A stretch of DNA of 62,958 nucleotides, filler included. It is 6 parts of 6 records of this genome, joined end to end, with 100 filler letters (N's around TTAATTAATTAA, not from the genome) between each part and the next. Parts side by side here need not be neighbours in the genome. Positions count along the whole stretch, not along the records: positions 1 to 13,882 come from SRR22947727_2836; positions 13,983 to 22,711 come from SRR22947727_2839; 4 more parts are not named here. One strand, 5' to 3'. Both the position numbers and the translations under genes were made by a program. Each line of letters begins with the position of its first letter. The stretch's first letter is position 1. The notes below the pieces were generated by a model. It searched no databases. It was not told where the DNA came from and saw nothing but the letters and a program-made list of their open reading frames with translations. Shown one piece after another: positions 8,996 through 19,480 of this stretch.

Positions 8996-11143
8996 ATGGT
9001 TAATCTTGAGGTCAAAGGTCAACTTGCAAAACTCCTTGCTACTGAGGATCTTATAATTGAGCACCGTAATGTCTCTACTGCATCTTTCGATGTTGACCGT
9101 CGAGTGCTGACACTACCTCGTTGGGAGAAAGCATCCAGCGAGGTTTTTGATTTGTTGATTGCTCACGAGGTTGGTCACGCTCTCTTCACTCCAGCAGATG
9201 ACTGGAATGAGATTGCTGAGGTTCCTGGTATCTACATTAATATTGCTGAGGATGCTCGTATTGAGAAGATGATGAAGCACCGCTTTGGTGGTCTGCCTAA
9301 GACCTTCTATAGTGGATACAAACAACTTCACGAGGAAGACTTCTTTGGTATTGAGGATCAGGATGTCAGTGAGATGTCTCTACCAGACCGTGTAAATCTA
9401 CACTTCAAGATTGGTCATCATATTCAAGTTCCCTTCAAAACTATTGATGAGAGTCGTGTAGTCAAAAGAATCGGTGACGCTCAGACCTTTGAGGATATGG
9501 TATATGCTGCTGAGGAACTCTATAAACTCCACGAAGAGCAGATTGAAGATCTGAAGAATAGTGCACCTGTCTCCTCTGGTGAAACGCCGTCAGAGTCTGA
9601 GGACTCTGGAAGTGATGGTCAGCAGGATAATGTTGCTCAGAACGAGCAGTCTGAGACTCAGTCTAGAGAAGATGATACTTCCTCTAATGACGATCAGACT
9701 TCTGAGGATATTATTGAATCTCCTAGAAGTGAGGGTGGTGACCACTGTTTCGATGATGACATTAGAACAGTCGATAATCTCAGTGACAAACTAGAAGATC
9801 TATCTACTAAGTCTAGTTTCAACGAACCAGTTTATATTGAGATTCCTGATGTAGATCTGAAGAAAGTTGTTGTTACTAACAGTGAAGTCTATGAATATAC
9901 TCATGACTACTGGAACAAGAGTGTCAATGAGGCATATTATCACGCTACAAATACTCGAACTAAAGAACAACTTGAAGATATCTGGTTTAAGTATCCACGG
10001 CAAATGTGGAAAGACTTCAAGCGAGAGATTCAATCTGAGGTCAACTATATGGTCAAGGAGTTTGAATGTAAAAAGTCTGCCGCTGCTTACGCTCGTTCCT
10101 CTACCTCTAGAACCGGTGTTTTAGATTGCTCAAAACTACACACCTACAAGCACAATGAAGACATCTTCAAAAAAATTACAACACTTCCGAATGGAAAAAA
10201 CCACGGTCTAGTATTCGTTCTTGATTGGTCTGGGTCTATGTGTCATATTCTCCAGGATACTGTTAAGCAACTACTCTCAGTGGTGATGTTCTGTGACAAG
10301 GTAAACATTCCTTTTGATGTCTATACTTTCACCAATGAATGGAATACTTGTGCTCTTATGAGACCATTACTTGAGAATGATAATCAGATATATATTGACG
10401 AGTCATTTAGTTTGCTCAATGTTTTGACCAGTCGTGTTTCTCGTAAAGAGTTAATCCGTCAGATGGAGTCCTTCTTCATTCTCTCTACTATGGCATCCTA
10501 TGGATATGGTGCTGGAATGCCCACCAGGATGGGACTGAGTGGTACTCCACTCAATGAGGCAGTAGTTGCCCTAAAGACTCTCCTACCCGATTTCAAACGC
10601 CGTACAGGTGTCGAGAAAGCACATGTTATGGTCCTCACCGATGGTGAGTCATGTATGTCTAGATACATCTGTCGTTATGATGAGTTTGATGGTGCCCCTC
10701 AACGGGGTCTTCGTAGAATTATTCCTAACACTAACTGCTATCTTCGTAACAGGACTACTGGAATCGTGAGGTCTGTTGGAAAAAAAGGTTCCTATGACCT
10801 ACTCACAACCACCTTGATTGAAGACCTACAGGACATGTTCCCTGACAGTACCTTCACAGGATTTCGTATTCTAGAAAACAGTAGTGGTTACTTTGTCCGT
10901 CAGGCAAGCAACTATGATGACAAAATCATCAGTCAGTGGAAGAAAACTAAGACTGTAACCCTGACCAACTTTGGTTATGATAGATACTTTATCATCGCCA
11001 ACAATCAACTACAGCAGAGCACTGACTTTGAAGTTGATGAAGATGCCTCAAAGGCAAAGATCAAGTCAGCGTTTGCCAAGTCATTGAAGGGTAAGAAGGT
11101 CAATAAAAAGATCTTAGGAGACTTCATTGGGTTGATTGCATAA
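8996..11143 (+). CDS. HExxH metallopeptidase-like plus vWA domain protein (CobT-like partner of the AAA ATPase)
   Basis: HEVGH, acidic linker, MIDAS DWSGS, GTPL, LTDGE. Confidence 0.88.
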   Translation: MVNLEVKGQLAKLLATEDLIIEHRNVSTASFDVDRRVLTLPRWEKASSEVFDLLIAHEVGHALFTPADDWNEIAEVPGIYINIAEDARIEKMMKHRFGGLPKTFYSGYKQLHEEDFFGIEDQDVSEMSLPDRVNLHFKIGHHIQVPFKTIDESRVVKRIGDAQTFEDMVYAAEELYKLHEEQIEDLKNSAPVSSGETPSESEDSGSDGQQDNVAQNEQSETQSREDDTSSNDDQTSEDIIESPRSEGGDHCFDDDIRTVDNLSDKLEDLSTKSSFNEPVYIEIPDVDLKKVVVTNSEVYEYTHDYWNKSVNEAYYHATNTRTKEQLEDIWFKYPRQMWKDFKREIQSEVNYMVKEFECKKSAAAYARSSTSRTGVLDCSKLHTYKHNEDIFKKITTLPNGKNHGLVFVLDWSGSMCHILQDTVKQLLSVVMFCDKVNIPFDVYTFTNEWNTCALMRPLLENDNQIYIDESFSLLNVLTSRVSRKELIRQMESFFILSTMASYGYGAGMPTRMGLSGTPLNEAVVALKTLLPDFKRRTGVEKAHVMVLTDGESCMSRYICRYDEFDGAPQRGLRRIIPNTNCYLRNRTTGIVRSVGKKGSYDLLTTTLIEDLQDMFPDSTFTGFRILENSSGYFVRQASNYDDKIISQWKKTKTVTLTNFGYDRYFIIANNQLQQSTDFEVDEDASKAKIKSAFAKSLKGKKVNKKILGDFIGLIA

Positions 11144-11186
11144 GTGTCACACACCCCCGCACGGGGGTTTCTTTTTGGTCTATAAT
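11142..11186 (+). promoter_or_regulatory. Early promoter with upstream TGTC-core box, overlapping a hairpin
   Basis: AAGTGTCACA at 11142 and TATAAT at 11181; ACCCCC-GCAC-GGGGGT hairpin between them. Confidence 0.65.
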
Positions 11187-11210
11187 AACTACATACAACA
11201 GAACCACCCA

Positions 11211-12320
11211 ATGTCCAGAATTTCAATGACCACCGATCAAATTGTTCACTACCTTCTTCAGGACTACCGTGCTGAGATTACAGCAGCAGATGTCCGTGGA
11301 TTCTGTGCTTCGAAAGGTCTCAACTATCAGACGGTGACTCGTCGTCTTGACCAATACAAAGTTGGTCGTGGTAAGTGGAATCTTGAGGTGACTGCCGAGG
11401 CAGTGGAAGAGTTGGAGGAAACCTTTGCTGCTCCCTCTGCTACACAGCACAATCTGATTCCTAGCAAAGACCCTCAGTTTGTACCTTTTGGTAACTTCGC
11501 TGATGTCAAAAAGATTATTAAGTCGGGTATGTTCTACCCCACATTCATTACTGGTCTCTCTGGTAACGGCAAGACCTTCTCTGTTGAGCAAGCATGTGCT
11601 CAACTCAACCGTGAAATTATTCGTGTAAACATCACAATTGAAACTGATGAAGATGACCTTTTGGGTGGTTTTAGACTTGTTGATGGGAATACTGCATGGC
11701 ACAATGGTCCAGTCATCGAGGCAATGGAACGAGGAGCAGTCCTACTCTTGGACGAGATCGACCTTGCATCTAACAAGATCCTCTGCCTTCAGTCAGTTCT
11801 AGAAGGTAGTGGTCTATTTCTAAAGAAGATTGGTAAATACATTACTCCAAAGGATGGATTCAATGTCATTGCAACTGCAAATACTAAAGGTAAAGGCAGT
11901 GATGACGGTCGCTTTATTGGAACGAATATTCTCAATGAGGCATTCCTAGAGCGTTTCCCTATCACTTTCGAGCAGGCATACCCCACAGTTGCTACTGAAA
12001 CAAAGATGTTGAAGGGATACGCTAAGTCACTGGGAATCTCTAACGACGACTTCTGCAAGCGTCTATGTGACTGGAGTGACATCATTCGTAGGACCTTCTA
12101 TGACGGTGGTGTTGATGAGGTTATTTCTACTCGTCGTCTGGTCCATATCATTCGTGCCTTCTCTATCTTTGATGAAAAGTCAAAGGCAATCAATGTCTGT
12201 CTCAACCGATTCGACGATGAGACCAAGCAGGCATTCTTAGATCTCTACGATAAGATTGACGCCGATGTCAACTTTGTTGAGGAAGATGTGTTAAGAGTGG
12301 AGGTGGAAGAAAAATTCTGA
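11211..12320 (+). CDS. cobS: CobS-like MoxR AAA+ ATPase (cyanophage type)
   Basis: GLSGNGKT, LLLDEID, ATANTKGKG, ISTRRL; start moved to ATG 11211, downstream of the promoter. Confidence 0.92.
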   Translation: MSRISMTTDQIVHYLLQDYRAEITAADVRGFCASKGLNYQTVTRRLDQYKVGRGKWNLEVTAEAVEELEETFAAPSATQHNLIPSKDPQFVPFGNFADVKKIIKSGMFYPTFITGLSGNGKTFSVEQACAQLNREIIRVNITIETDEDDLLGGFRLVDGNTAWHNGPVIEAMERGAVLLLDEIDLASNKILCLQSVLEGSGLFLKKIGKYITPKDGFNVIATANTKGKGSDDGRFIGTNILNEAFLERFPITFEQAYPTVATETKMLKGYAKSLGISNDDFCKRLCDWSDIIRRTFYDGGVDEVISTRRLVHIIRAFSIFDEKSKAINVCLNRFDDETKQAFLDLYDKIDADVNFVEEDVLRVEVEEKF

Positions 12321-12344
12321 AATTATAGAACTCAGAGGTATGAA

Positions 12345-12352
12345 TATAAATA
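12345..12352 (+). promoter_or_regulatory. Consensus T4 late promoter
   Basis: TATAAATA 28 nt before the ATG. Confidence 0.8.
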
Positions 12353-12380
12353 TATTGAATAAACCTATCTCCTAGGCAAA

Positions 12381-13882
12381 ATGGGTTATAAGATTAACGG
12401 TGAAGTAATCATCTCCAATAGTAAGGATATCGATAATGTCGGTATCGCTACTATGGATTTGGTCGATGCTAAGGTGTCTTCCAAAGCAATCACAGAGCAA
12501 ACCGAAGGTAGTGTCTCTGATGTAACCGGTGCCGATGAGGTTCTCATCTACGATGCTGAGGCAGGAGCACTCCTAAGAGTCACCGTAGATGAGTTCATCA
12601 GTGGGTCTGGGATAGGTACTCTGGTAAGTGATTTTGATAGTTTGAATGTTACTGGTGTCGCCACCTTTGCTAATATCGCAATGGCGTCCACTGAATCATC
12701 AATCACACTTCCAGACAGTGCAGAGATTGTACTTGGTGATTCTTCTGACTTCAGTATGTACCACGATGGTGACCACACTTACCTAGATGAGGCAGGTCAG
12801 GGAAACCTCAAGATTCGTACGAATAATTTCAGAGTAACAAATGTAGCAGAAACAAAACCAACTATCATAGCTCAGGTTACACAGGGTGTTGAGTTGTATT
12901 ATGATGGTAATAAGAAGTTAGAAACTACAGATACTGGTGCTCTTGTATCTGGAATTCTAACTGCTACAACAGTCAAGACAAATGATGTTTTTGCTAGAAA
13001 TATTATCACACTTGGCATCACTACTATTCAGGACCACCTAGAGGTAAACGACAGTACTGGTGCTGGTACTGAATATAATCTCAATGTTAAGACCAATGGT
13101 AGTTCTACCTTTGGTGTCCTAGGCAATGGTGCCATCTTGCTAGGTAATAACGCTGCCGCACCATTCATGGCGACCAACGACCACCACGCGACTTCTAAGA
13201 AGTATGTGGATGATGCTGTTGGTTTATCAACCGTTGGTTTAGCATCTGTTTCATATGTTGACCAACAGATTACAGGTGTTTCTACAGTTACTAGTGCTTT
13301 AGTTGAGTTGACGGGAGTTCCCGTAGGTAGCGTTGGTCTCGGCACATTTGTAAATGGTATCGTCACAGATGATGTTGGAATTAAATCTGCCTTACAAGAT
13401 TTAGAAACTTCTCTTGCCAAAACATCAAGTGCTGCCAAGATTAATAATTATCAATGGAGTAATAATCACGATAATACTATCACTGAGACGCACATCACCA
13501 CTGATGGATCTGATTGGGCAAATGCTACTAAGATATATGTCCATAGAAGGGCAAAAAATAATGTTGATATGCAGAATGTGTTCAACAATACCCTCGTAAG
13601 AGGTGCTAAAATTTATATTCAGAAAACTAATGATGCTACTAAGTCGTTCGTTGCTAACATCGACAGTGACTCTCCCACTGTAACTGGTACCGGCACAGAT
13701 CAGGTGTTTGAATACGCCGTAACTAATGTGACAACTATTGGTACAGTCTTCAATGAAAATATTGAGGTTAATTTTGGCATCTTTGTAGATACCAATGCAT
13801 ATGAGGTAGATATTGTAGTTGGTTTATCAACCGTTGGTTTAGCATCTACTGAATATGTTAATCAAGCGGTTGCTTCTGCTGG
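12381..13882 (+). CDS. Virion structural / tail-fibre-like protein (3' truncated)
   Basis: Late promoter; Thr/Gly/Val-rich; fibre-type motifs VELYYDGNKKLETT and HATSKKYVD; internal repeats. Confidence 0.7.
13218..13847 (+). repeat. 30-bp exact direct repeat, copies 600 bp apart
   Basis: GTTGGTTTATCAACCGTTGGTTTAGCATCT at 13218-13247 and 13818-13847 (VGLSTVGLAS). Confidence 0.95.
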
Positions 13883-13982
13883 NNNNNNNNNNNNNNNNNN
13901 NNNNNNNNNNNNNNNNNNNNNNNNNNTTAATTAATTAANNNNNNNNNNNNNNNNNNNNNNNNNNNNNNNNNNNNNNNNNNNN
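13883..13982. other. Artificial contig linker
   Basis: 44 N + TTAATTAATTAA + 44 N. Confidence 0.99.
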
Positions 13983-14333
13983 CTGATCGACGAGCTGGAT
14001 GCAAAAGATACGCTGAAAGTTTTGTGGGATCCTGGCAATAATTGTTGGTGCCATGAGCAGGCCTTCCCCGATGGCTATGAAGCGGTAAAGGGCGGCTATC
14101 TCGGTCATGTGCATATCAAAGATGTTCTGGTTGACACGCCGCGTGCAACGCTTGAAGTGCGCAAGATGGGCACGGGGCAACTGGGCCCGATGTTTCAGCC
14201 AATGGCGGATGCGATGCGTGCAGATCATTATGATGGGGTGATCTCATTCGAAAGCGTTTTTCACCCCGGCAATGGCGATTTTGAGGATGGGTTTCGCCAA
14301 TGCATCGGGCTGTTCAAAGAGATTTTTGGATAG
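13983..14333 (+). CDS. Sugar-phosphate isomerase/epimerase TIM barrel, C-terminal part
   Basis: WDPGN, HVHIKD, YDGVISFE; frame open from the contig edge. Confidence 0.8.
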   Translation: MIDELDAKDTLKVLWDPGNNCWCHEQAFPDGYEAVKGGYLGHVHIKDVLVDTPRATLEVRKMGTGQLGPMFQPMADAMRADHYDGVISFESVFHPGNGDFEDGFRQCIGLFKEIFG

Positions 14334-14386
14334 GGTTTTAAGCCGGATATAAGGGCCGCCAGCGCGGCGGCCCTCGATGGCTTTGA

Positions 14387-15286
14387 CTAAGCCTCTACCG
14401 AATAGCCTGCGTTTTTCATCACGCGCAGCAGTTCTTGATGGCCCGTTTGGGCCATTTTAAGGGGCGGATTTTTGATCGGATCTTGCTCGGCTTCCACGAC
14501 AAACCAGCCTTCATAGCCATGGGCGGCAAGGCGTTGAACGATGGCTTCAAAATCCAAGCTGCCATCGCCGGGTACGGTAAATGCGCCTTTGATCACCGCG
14601 TCCAAAAAGCTGTGCCGGCTGCGATCCAGCCCGGCGATCACATCCCCGCGTATATCTTTGGTATGCACATGGTTGATGCGGGCATGGTGCTTGTCGATCA
14701 CCCGCAAAACATCTCCGCCAGCAAAGGCCATATGCCCCGCGTCAAAAAGCAGTGGCAAGGCGGCGCCGGAATGGGCCATCAGAAGATCTAATTCGGCCTC
14801 GGTTTCGATCGGAGCCGCCATATGATGGTGATAGCTCAATGGCATGCCCTGCGCGGCGCACCATTCGGCGAACGCGGTCAGTTTGCGCCCATATTCTTTG
14901 ATTTGTGCCTCATCCAGCTTCAGTTTACTGGCAAGCGGTGCAGATTGATCGCCTTGGATTGTACCCGCGGTTTCACCATAAACAATACAGGGTGCCCCCA
15001 TGGCTTTGAACAGCTCAAGTTGCGCGGCAACCCTGTCTTTCTCGGCTTCGATCTCGCCGCTCAGCAAAAGCCCCGAGAACCACCCCCCGCAGACCGAGAT
15101 CCCGTAGCGCTCAAGAACGGGCCCCAAAATCGCAGGATCCATTGGAAAACGTCGCCCGGTTTCCATGCCGCTATAGCCGGCTTCGCTGGCTTGGCGCAGG
15201 CATTCTTCCAGCGAAACATCATTGCTGAGCTCTTCCAGATCATCATTCCACCAAGCAATCGGGGCGATGCCAAGCTTTGCTTTCAT
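14387..15286 (-). CDS. iolE: myo-inosose-2 dehydratase
   Basis: GIAPIAWWNDD, YHHHM, HVHTKD, GWFVVEAEQDP; start at MKAKL. Confidence 0.95.
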   Translation of the reverse strand: MKAKLGIAPIAWWNDDLEELSNDVSLEECLRQASEAGYSGMETGRRFPMDPAILGPVLERYGISVCGGWFSGLLLSGEIEAEKDRVAAQLELFKAMGAPCIVYGETAGTIQGDQSAPLASKLKLDEAQIKEYGRKLTAFAEWCAAQGMPLSYHHHMAAPIETEAELDLLMAHSGAALPLLFDAGHMAFAGGDVLRVIDKHHARINHVHTKDIRGDVIAGLDRSRHSFLDAVIKGAFTVPGDGSLDFEAIVQRLAAHGYEGWFVVEAEQDPIKNPPLKMAQTGHQELLRVMKNAGYSVEA

Positions 15287-15290
15287 TTGC

Positions 15291-17138
15291 TTATACTCCG
15301 ATACGTTGTTTGGCGCGGATCGCATCATGGTCTTTGCGCGCTTCATTAACGCTGTCACGGGCGGAGATTTCAGGCACGCCGACATCCCAAGATGCATCCC
15401 CCGGGGTCCACTCATAAGCATCAGAGGGAATGGTCAAAACGGTGGTTTTGTCATTTTCTTGGGCCCATTTCATGGCTTCATCCAATTCACCCAGCGTTTC
15501 TACGCGGCGCCCATAAGCGCCCATAGCTTCGGCATGTTTGGCAAAATCAACCGAAAATGGCGTTTTCACGCGGCTGTCTTTGATCAGGTTGTTAAAGGAG
15601 GCTCCGCCTTTGTAATTCTGTAGGCGGTTGATGATCGCATACCCGCCATTATCGGGCACAATCACGATAATTTTATGCCCGCTCAGCACGGTGGAATAAA
15701 TATCCGAATTCATCATCATATAGGTGCCATCGCCGATAATCACGATGGGGGTGCGGTTTTCATCGGCCATCGCAGCGCCCCACCCAGCGGGGATTTCATA
15801 GCCCATGCAGGAAAAGCCAAATTCGGTGTCTACCGTATTGGGGGCTTTGACGCGCCAGCATTTATTCACTTCACCCGGAGGGCCCCCAGCCGCGGTGATC
15901 ACCAGATCTTCTGTTTTGGCGTTGTCTTGCACCACTTTAATCACCTGCGCGTAGGATGGTATATGCGCATTGCTGGGCTTTTGCAGCTCATCAATCAAGC
16001 TGTCCCATTTGGCCATTTCATCGCGGCCTTTCTCCATCCAAGTGTCAGGGGCCGACCAGTCGCCCAAAGCCGCATCCATTTCACGCAGGCTTTCGCGGGC
16101 ATCACCGACCACAGAGATGGCGCGGTGTTTGGTGGCATCAAAGCGCGCTGCATTGATCGAGATAAACTGAGCATCGGCTTTAAAGCTGGTCCAAGACCCG
16201 GTGGTGAAATCTTGCAGTCGGGTGCCTATCGCCACAATCACATCCGCTTCGGCGGCCATGGCATTGGCGGATGCTGATCCGGTTACGCCGATGCCCCCGA
16301 CATAGGCGGGGTGCTCGTGCAGCACGGCACCTTTGCCGGCAATGGTTTCGCAAAGCGGAATGCCGCGGGCTTGCGCAAAATTACCCAATATCTCTTCAGC
16401 CAATGAATAGCGCACCCCGCCGCCTGAAATAATCAAGGGCTTCTTGGCGGCTTTTAGGGCTGCGATCGCCTTATCTAATTGCTGTAAATCGGGGCGCGCG
16501 CGCGGAATGTGATGCAGCGTGGGCTCAAAAAACGCAGCTGGATAGTCAAAAGCGATTTCCTGCGTGTCTTGGCACAGGCCGATAAAGGCAGGCCCGCAAT
16601 CGGCTGGATCGAGCATTGCGGCAATCGCTTGGGGGAAGGATGAGATGATCTGCTCGGGATGGGTGATGCGATCCCAATAGCGGGTAACGGCTTTGAAGCT
16701 TTCATTCACGGTCAAGGTTGGATTGTTGAAATGCTCAACTTGCTGCAGCACCGGATCTGGGCGGCGGTTGGAGAATGTATCACCCGAAAGCAGCAGCACG
16801 GGTAGACGGTTGGAATGGGCCACGCCGGCCGCAGTGACCATATTGGTTGCTCCGGGCCCCACAGAGGAGGTGGCGATCATCAATTGCCGCCGCCGCTTAG
16901 CCTTGGCATAGCCAATTGCGGCAAGCGCCATCGATTGTTCGTTTTGCCCGCGCCACGTTGGCAATTGATCTTGCACCGCTTCTAAAGCTTCGGCCAAACA
17001 GGTCACATTGCCATGCCCGAAAATTCCGAACACGCCGGCAAAGAGTGGCACGCGCTCGCCCTCAATCTCGGTGAATTGATTGCACAGATATCGAACAACA
17101 GCCTGCGCCATCGTCAATCTGATTGTGTTTGCGGCCAT
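15291..17138 (-). CDS. iolD: THcHDO hydrolase (TPP-dependent)
   Basis: IRLTMAQA, GIFGHGNV, NEQSMA, EFGFSCMGYEI, GDG TPP motif. Confidence 0.95.
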   Translation of the reverse strand: MAANTIRLTMAQAVVRYLCNQFTEIEGERVPLFAGVFGIFGHGNVTCLAEALEAVQDQLPTWRGQNEQSMALAAIGYAKAKRRRQLMIATSSVGPGATNMVTAAGVAHSNRLPVLLLSGDTFSNRRPDPVLQQVEHFNNPTLTVNESFKAVTRYWDRITHPEQIISSFPQAIAAMLDPADCGPAFIGLCQDTQEIAFDYPAAFFEPTLHHIPRARPDLQQLDKAIAALKAAKKPLIISGGGVRYSLAEEILGNFAQARGIPLCETIAGKGAVLHEHPAYVGGIGVTGSASANAMAAEADVIVAIGTRLQDFTTGSWTSFKADAQFISINAARFDATKHRAISVVGDARESLREMDAALGDWSAPDTWMEKGRDEMAKWDSLIDELQKPSNAHIPSYAQVIKVVQDNAKTEDLVITAAGGPPGEVNKCWRVKAPNTVDTEFGFSCMGYEIPAGWGAAMADENRTPIVIIGDGTYMMMNSDIYSTVLSGHKIIVIVPDNGGYAIINRLQNYKGGASFNNLIKDSRVKTPFSVDFAKHAEAMGAYGRRVETLGELDEAMKWAQENDKTTVLTIPSDAYEWTPGDASWDVGVPEISARDSVNEARKDHDAIRAKQRIGV

Positions 17139-17261
17139 ATTTTCTCTCCCAAAATGGTCAAAGTAACGCTATTTTACGGCGGGCTCCAAACAAGCGGCCT
17201 GCAGGAAAATAGCGCGGTTCTGAATTGTAACTTGCGCTCTTTCGTTCCCATAGATACTAAT

Positions 17262-17279
17262 TTTGCAACCGGTTGCAAA
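17262..17279. promoter_or_regulatory. LacI-family operator palindrome
   Basis: Perfect palindrome TTTGCAACCGGTTGCAAA in the divergent intergenic region. Confidence 0.75.
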
Positions 17280-17377
17280 GCTTATTTCAAAGCGGGCCTT
17301 CCTGGCCTTTTGACGAGGGGCGCGCCCTTCATTTCGGCCTGCATAAGCAGCGATTGAAACAACAAAGAAAGACTGCG

Positions 17378-18328
17378 ATGACGAAACATATTTTGGTTGC
17401 GGGAAAATTACATCCGTCGGCGCTGCGCGTGCTGGACAGCGCCGAAGGCGTTTCGTTCGATTACGTTCCCGATGCGGATCCCACCGCTTATTTGCCACTG
17501 CTGCCCAAGGCGCAGGGATTGGTGCTGCGCACGCAAACTTTAAATGCGGCTCATATCGCAACCGCGCCTGATTTGCAGATCGTTTCCCGCCATGGTGTTG
17601 GTTATGATGCGGTTGACGTGCCGGCGTTAACCAAGCGCGGTATTCCTTTGGCGATTGTGGGAGATGTAAATTCGCGCACCGTTGCCGAACATGCGATGCT
17701 GCTGCTTTTGGCGGCCTCGCGCTGTTTGGTGAAATCGGTCACGGGGTTTCGCGCTGGCGATTGGGCGCAGCGTAATATGTTTGAACCACGGGAGCTTTAC
17801 GACAAAACGCTTTTAATCGTTGGCTACGGGCGCATTGGGCGGCACTTGGCGCAAATGGCCAAGGCTTTTGGAGTGCATGTTTTGGCCTATGACCCTTATC
17901 TAGGTGCGGATCAATTTGCTGGTGCCGAACAGGTGGCCAATATTTCGGCCGGTTTGACACGGGCCGATTTGGTTTCGCTGCATATTCCCAAAGCGGATGG
18001 TCCATTATTGGGCGCGGCTGAACTGGCATTATTACCGGCGCATGCTGTGGTGGTTAACACGGCGCGCGGTGGTTTGATTGATGAGCTGGCCTTGGCGCAA
18101 GCCTTAAAAGAAGGTCACCTGGGGGCTGCTGGTTTGGATGTGCTCGAGGTTGAGCCCCCCTCTTATGATCATCCTTTATTTGGCCTGGACAATGCGATTA
18201 TTACGCCGCATGCGGCTGGTCTGACCGAAGAATGCGCCGAACGGATGGGCATGATTTCGGTGCAGAATGTTTTGGATTATTTCGCTGAAACGTTAAATCC
18301 GGATCTTGTGGTCAATGGTCCCTTTTAG
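17378..18328 (+). CDS. D-isomer 2-hydroxyacid dehydrogenase (SerA-like)
   Basis: RHGVGYD, GYGRIG, NTARG, TPHAAG; start revised to MTKHIL. Confidence 0.9.
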   Translation: MTKHILVAGKLHPSALRVLDSAEGVSFDYVPDADPTAYLPLLPKAQGLVLRTQTLNAAHIATAPDLQIVSRHGVGYDAVDVPALTKRGIPLAIVGDVNSRTVAEHAMLLLLAASRCLVKSVTGFRAGDWAQRNMFEPRELYDKTLLIVGYGRIGRHLAQMAKAFGVHVLAYDPYLGADQFAGAEQVANISAGLTRADLVSLHIPKADGPLLGAAELALLPAHAVVVNTARGGLIDELALAQALKEGHLGAAGLDVLEVEPPSYDHPLFGLDNAIITPHAAGLTEECAERMGMISVQNVLDYFAETLNPDLVVNGPF

Positions 18329-18337
18329 GAGAATGCA

Positions 18338-19444
18338 ATGAAGGTTGGTTTGATTGGATCAGGGTTTATGGGCAAAGCGCATGCGTTTGGCTTTGCCACT
18401 GCAGAGCGTGTTTTCGATCTGCCCGTCAGCTTTGAAATGGATATCCTGGCAGATGCCACGCTTGACTTGGCAGAAGCTGCGCGCGCGGCCTTTGGGTTTC
18501 AGCGGGCCACCGAGAATTGGCGCGATTTGATCTGCGACCCTTCGATTGATATCGTAGATATTACAGCCCCGAACGCGCTTCATAAAGAAATGGCATTGGC
18601 CGCAATCGCTGCGGGAAAACACGTCTATTGCGAAAAGCCATTGGCACCCTTGGCCTGCGATGCATTGGAAATGGCGGAAGCTGCAGAGGCCGCAGGCGTT
18701 AAAACGCAAGTGGGGTTTAATTACCTAATGAATCCAATGCTTCGCTTGGCCCGTGAGATGATTCTAGCTGGTGAATTGGGTGAGATTTATTCTTACCGCG
18801 GCGTCCATGCCGAAGATTATATGTCGGATCCGGCTGGCCCCTATACGTTTCGCCACGAGCCTGCCGGTGGCGGTGCCTTGGCAGATATTGGCAGTCACGC
18901 ATTGGCCACGGCAGAGTTTCTTTTGGGCCCGATCGCGCAAGTGATGGGCAATAGCCATATTTTGATCCCTGAACGCCGCGATGCCTCGGGGCAGAGGCGC
19001 AAAATCGAAGTAGATGATGTTACGCATGCATTTTTGCGCTTTGACAGCGGTATCACTGGCAGTATTGAGGCAAATTGGTGCGCGACAGGGCGCAGCATGC
19101 AGCATGATTTTGAAGTTTATGGATCAAAGGGCGCGCTGCATTTCAGCCAGGAGCGGTTCAACGAGCTACATTTTTACAATGCCAATGACAAACCTGGACA
19201 ACGTGGGTTTCGGCGCATCGAAGCAGGGCCGACGCATCCCCCTTATGGGCAGTTTTGCGTCGCACCCGGTCATCAAATCGGGTTTAATGATTTGAAAGCG
19301 ATTGAAATTGCCGGATATGCCGAGGCGCTTGCCGGGCAAGCCGCCGAGCCGTTCAACTTTCGCGCCGGTTGGCGGGTGCAACGCCTCGTGGAGGCGATTC
19401 AGCAGGCCGCAGCGCATCAACAATGGATTGATACGGCGCCCTAA
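18338..19444 (+). CDS. Gfo/Idh/MocA oxidoreductase (inositol dehydrogenase-like)
   Basis: GSGFMG, CEKP, DIGSH; iol context. Confidence 0.88.
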   Translation: MKVGLIGSGFMGKAHAFGFATAERVFDLPVSFEMDILADATLDLAEAARAAFGFQRATENWRDLICDPSIDIVDITAPNALHKEMALAAIAAGKHVYCEKPLAPLACDALEMAEAAEAAGVKTQVGFNYLMNPMLRLAREMILAGELGEIYSYRGVHAEDYMSDPAGPYTFRHEPAGGGALADIGSHALATAEFLLGPIAQVMGNSHILIPERRDASGQRRKIEVDDVTHAFLRFDSGITGSIEANWCATGRSMQHDFEVYGSKGALHFSQERFNELHFYNANDKPGQRGFRRIEAGPTHPPYGQFCVAPGHQIGFNDLKAIEIAGYAEALAGQAAEPFNFRAGWRVQRLVEAIQQAAAHQQWIDTAP

Positions 19445-19480
19445 GCGCCGGATCTAGGCAGAATGAAAGGCAGGAAAGCC

